A stretch of DNA of 64,000 bases from Adineta steineri (lineage: Eukaryota): positions 327,403 to 391,402 of the forward strand of contig CAJNOI010000010.1 of the NCBI GenBank assembly GCA_905250115.1, read 5' to 3'. The notes below the pieces were generated by a model. It ran no database searches. It had not been told where the DNA came from and saw only the letters and a program-made list of their open reading frames with translations. A program made the translations under genes and the position numbers. Position 1 is the first letter of the stretch; each line of letters starts with the position of its first letter. Below, in pieces: positions 60,733 to 64,000 of this stretch.

Positions 60733-63447
60733 TTATAATTTCTTTTTCATGTCTTCGAGATTCTTTCTGTACATTTTAAGATTGGGATGATTTATTGGTA
60801 GTGATTTTTGCCCGATTTGTACAGCAAGTTCATAAAAGGAATGAGCTTCTGAATAGTTGCCCATATTCTCGTTCACCAAACCGATGTTGTTATATGAAGC
60901 AACCAAATCAGGATGATTGGAGGGAATTAGTAGTTGTTGAATTCTAAGATCTTTTTCATAATAAGAAAGTGCTTTTGGATAATTACCCATACTATCATAC
61001 ACCAAGCCGATGTTGTTATAGGACGTTGCCAAACTAGGATGATTGTAAGGAAGTGATTGTTGTTTGATTTCAAGAGCTTTTTCATGAGATACAAGTGCTT
61101 CGGGATAATCACCCATGTTGTAATACACCAAACCAATGTTGTTATAGGACTTGGCAAAATGAGGATGATTGGAAGGAAATGATTGTTGTTGAATTGTAAG
61201 GGCTTTTTCATAACATGAAATTGCTTTTGGATAATCACTGATGCTGTAATACACCAAACCAATGTTGTTATAGGCAGTAGCTAAATCAGGATGATTGGGA
61301 AGAAATGATTGTTGTTCGATTTCAAGGGCTTTTTCATAATAAGAAAGTGCTTTTAAATAATCACCCATGATGTAATACACCAAACCGATGTTGTTGTAGG
61401 AAGTAGCCAAATCAGAATGATTGGGAGGAAGTGATTGTTGTTTGATTTCAAGGGCTTTTTCATGAGATAAAAGTGCTTTTGGATAATCACCCATGTTGTA
61501 ATACATCAAACCAATGTTGTTATACGACTTAGCCAAATTAGGATGATTGGAAGGAAGTGATTGTTGTCGAATTGCAAGATCTTTCTCATTATAAGAAAGT
61601 GCTTTTAAATAATCACCTATGCTGTAATACACCAAACCGATGCCCATGTAGGAAAAAGCCAAATCTGGATGACTAGAAGGAAGTGATTGTTGTTGAATTG
61701 CAAGGGCTTTTTCATGAGATGAAAGTGCTTGTGGATAATTACCCATGATGTAATGTACACTACCAATGTTGTTATAGGAAGCACCCAAACCGGGATGATT
61801 GGAAAGAAGTGATTGTTCTTGAATTGCAACGGCTTTTTCATAATAAGAAAGTGCTTTTGGATAATCACCCATGCTGTCATATACCATACCGATTCTGTCA
61901 TAAGAATCTCCCAAATCAGGATGATTGGAACGAAGTAATTCTTGTCGAATTGTAAGAGCTTTTTCGTGAGATGACAGTGCCTCTTGATATTCTCCTTGAT
62001 TATATTTAATCCAACCTAGTTGATAATAAAGCGGTGCTTTGTCACTCTCATCTGTTGTTTGATTAAGTAAATCGTAATAAATTTCTTGAGCCTTCGTAAA
62101 TTGACCCATTTTAATTAGTAATTGACCTAGTCTGTACCATCCTTCTTCATCTGGAAAGGTCTCCTGCCGAATCTGGTCGCTAAGAATCCGAAGGTCTTGA
62201 TCGTTGTCATTGGTTAATGTTAAATTTACTTGATAAAGATGAGTATTTCCATCCATTGGCTTAGTATCTCCAATACGAAAAACGGTATGCATAGAAAAGA
62301 GAACTTCATCTTCTGTATGAAAATAACTAATATCACTAACAGAAGCAAATGGAGTTGTTGAATCAGTCGGATTAATTGACATAACAAATAAAATTCCAAC
62401 AAGATCAGGATTTGTAGCAACTTGTGGTGCGAAACAGAGAGAAACATCACGATTTGTACTAGTCGATAAAAAGTTATTAAATGAGAGAAGTCCACCTTTA
62501 GTTTTTGTCATTTCGGTAAAATGTTCTTTTGAAAGACATTGCCCACGATAAACTGTAAATGTTTTATCAGATTGTTGACCATGAAATTGTTCCGAGTGGA
62601 GTCGGTGAATATCGCGATGTAGATCATTAATAAAGAAGCCCATTCGAACAATAATATCAACATCCATCAATCGTAATGCTTGATTAAGCATCGAATATAA
62701 AAAATATTGATAAGTATACCACCAAATCGGTGTTTGATCATGGTAGTCACGTTCCAATTTTTCAATATTATGTAAGTCATAGTCTTTTTCGACAGATACA
62801 TCACGACAATAAGTAATAAATTCTTCAAAATGTCTGTCTTTGAAGTCAATGGTTAACAGGATCTCTTTGAAGATCTGAGTATACATGAATGATGGATCTA
62901 ATTGATCCAAATTTTTGTTTGGTGCCACAAAACTAATCGAAATGGCATTTTGCTCATATTGATGAGCAGTTTGTTTAAGAGCTTTACAGATTGATTTCAT
63001 ATCTGTGAAGACTCCTTTTATTTTAGGCCATTCTTTGGTCCATTGTTTATCAAATTCTTGATTATTACATAAAATAAAAATGGTATCCATTTGAGACATA
63101 TCATGCATACGAGGCACTATATGTTGTCCAAGTGAACCAGAAACAACGATGCATACTTTGTTGTTGGTAATGGTTTGAATAAAGTTAACACACTGATCGG
63201 CATCTGTAAACGTGCTTATGTTATTTGCTACACATTTCAATTGCTTGATTATATTATTACAATCAGCATTATTATCATTAATATTGTTGTCCAACCAAAT
63301 CAAGGGAATGTTTTGCATTCTTTGTATAACCATACGCCGATTTACAGGTGCACCCTTGGAAAAGTTTGATACATGTTTAGCATTAGCTTGTGTATTGGTT
63401 TCAACAGATGTTAGCAATTTGTTGTGCAGCATTGTTTCTTGTAACAT
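60733..63447 (-). CDS. ADP-ribosyltransferase (R-S-ExE type) + TPR (kinesin-light-chain-like, ~12 repeats) protein with an unassigned N-terminal alpha/beta domain; intronless, 904 aa
   Basis: ART triad motifs are present: YTYQYFLYSMLNQALRL, TFTVYRGQ (Arg), FLSTSTNRD (STS) and HTEDEVLF (ExE). A run of 42-aa TPR units of the form (YNNIGLVYY.MGDY.KALSY.EKAL.I.QQSLP.NHPDLA.S) follows. The C-terminal tail and 3' UTR are shared with the fragments at 30.5 and 33.4 kb. Confidence 0.75.
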   Translation of the reverse strand: MLQETMLHNKLLTSVETNTQANAKHVSNFSKGAPVNRRMVIQRMQNIPLIWLDNNINDNNADCNNIIKQLKCVANNISTFTDADQCVNFIQTITNNKVCIVVSGSLGQHIVPRMHDMSQMDTIFILCNNQEFDKQWTKEWPKIKGVFTDMKSICKALKQTAHQYEQNAISISFVAPNKNLDQLDPSFMYTQIFKEILLTIDFKDRHFEEFITYCRDVSVEKDYDLHNIEKLERDYHDQTPIWWYTYQYFLYSMLNQALRLMDVDIIVRMGFFINDLHRDIHRLHSEQFHGQQSDKTFTVYRGQCLSKEHFTEMTKTKGGLLSFNNFLSTSTNRDVSLCFAPQVATNPDLVGILFVMSINPTDSTTPFASVSDISYFHTEDEVLFSMHTVFRIGDTKPMDGNTHLYQVNLTLTNDNDQDLRILSDQIRQETFPDEEGWYRLGQLLIKMGQFTKAQEIYYDLLNQTTDESDKAPLYYQLGWIKYNQGEYQEALSSHEKALTIRQELLRSNHPDLGDSYDRIGMVYDSMGDYPKALSYYEKAVAIQEQSLLSNHPGLGASYNNIGSVHYIMGNYPQALSSHEKALAIQQQSLPSSHPDLAFSYMGIGLVYYSIGDYLKALSYNEKDLAIRQQSLPSNHPNLAKSYNNIGLMYYNMGDYPKALLSHEKALEIKQQSLPPNHSDLATSYNNIGLVYYIMGDYLKALSYYEKALEIEQQSFLPNHPDLATAYNNIGLVYYSISDYPKAISCYEKALTIQQQSFPSNHPHFAKSYNNIGLVYYNMGDYPEALVSHEKALEIKQQSLPYNHPSLATSYNNIGLVYDSMGNYPKALSYYEKDLRIQQLLIPSNHPDLVASYNNIGLVNENMGNYSEAHSFYELAVQIGQKSLPINHPNLKMYRKNLEDMKKKL

Positions 63448-64000
63448 AAACTACTTCAAGAAGAAATGTTTATAAATAAATGAGAATAATGTGTTATTTT
63501 ACAATACAAGCATTTTCTTTTGAGATTGTTGTTTTTATCACTATTTACATTGTTTCCTTTGTTATCAGTATTTCACCTGGTTCTTTTTTGTTTGTTAAAT
63601 ATACGTTACAAAATACTACAAGTATCATCAGAGATATTTATCAGTTATCGACATATGAAAAAGATGTTATAGTATGATCATTGTTCATAATTCAAAAAGT
63701 AATCTGTAAGAAAAGTCCTTAAAATACATGTCGTTACAGAAAATCTCTAAAGGGAACTTTCTTCAATCATTATTACAGTATGATGGAAGTTTACAATTAT
63801 TTTTATCTCGAGACAAATGACTACTGAATAATATGATAAAAAAATCAGAACAATAATAAAGATTTTCTGTTGGAATAATGAGCAAAAAGATTAAAACCAT
63901 TTGTATAAAACTGAAAAAGAAAAATTTAATTATTATATTTGTTGTCGATTATTCTTTTTTTTATCTTCTTTTCATTTTCATGAGTCAAAGACTACGCGTA

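Noticed and set aside
60927-61901. Antisense ORFs inside the TPR array (60927-61262, 61617-61901, 62226-62495) and likewise 33572-33907 and 30521-30724
   Set aside because: These are opposite-strand or alternate-frame readings of periodic TPR coding sequence. They are W/I-rich artefacts fully overlapped by a well-supported CDS.

Overview
This window is eukaryotic nuclear DNA, not prokaryotic. It is about 30% GC and has spliced multi-exon genes with GT-AG introns, a U2 snRNA gene and poly-A-signal-like 3' ends. Degenerate TGTGGG/CCCACA telomere-type repeats recur, which is the bdelloid-rotifer telomeric unit; together with a large ART+TPR gene this points to a bdelloid rotifer (Adineta/Philodina-like) genome. 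I cannot confirm that without a database search.

The window has three parts.

(1) 0-12 kb is a conserved, intron-rich gene block: a SID-1/SIDT homolog, a DZIP1-like gene and a WD40 + coiled-coil gene.

(2) 12-38 kb is an accessory, subtelomere-like compartment. It holds 15 short foldback elements whose arms are telomere-like repeats (G-rich arm, loop, C-rich arm; several with CTTGAGGG...CCCTCAAG termini). Interleaved with these are:
- gene fragments: two 5'-truncated TPR copies, an NADPH-oxidase C-terminal fragment, and an ELL gene whose ORF ends inside a hairpin;
- a U2 snRNA gene;
- a foldback MITE, with a second copy at 38.7 kb;
- a hAT-like non-autonomous element with an Ac-like CAGGGATCC TIR, an 8-bp TSD and (GGGATG)n subterminal repeats;
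- three 7TM receptor genes;
- a secreted NHL-repeat gene followed by three tandem paralogous phase-1 exons;
- a 2-exon defensin-like (CS-alpha-beta) peptide gene;
- a gene with an internal tandem domain duplication.

(3) 38-64 kb has no hairpins. It contains a divergent ELL/AADAT pair, a secreted beta-propeller-like gene, a ~12 kb Furry (FRY) gene, a CD225-like small TM protein, a neuropeptide-like precursor and an intronless 904-aa protein. That protein combines an unknown N-terminal alpha/beta domain, an R-S-ExE ADP-ribosyltransferase domain and about 12 kinesin-light-chain-type TPRs. It is the full-length relative of the truncated TPR copies in the accessory block.

The most interesting candidates are the telomere-repeat foldback family, the ART-TPR gene with its fragments, the triple-exon cluster and the defensin-like gene.
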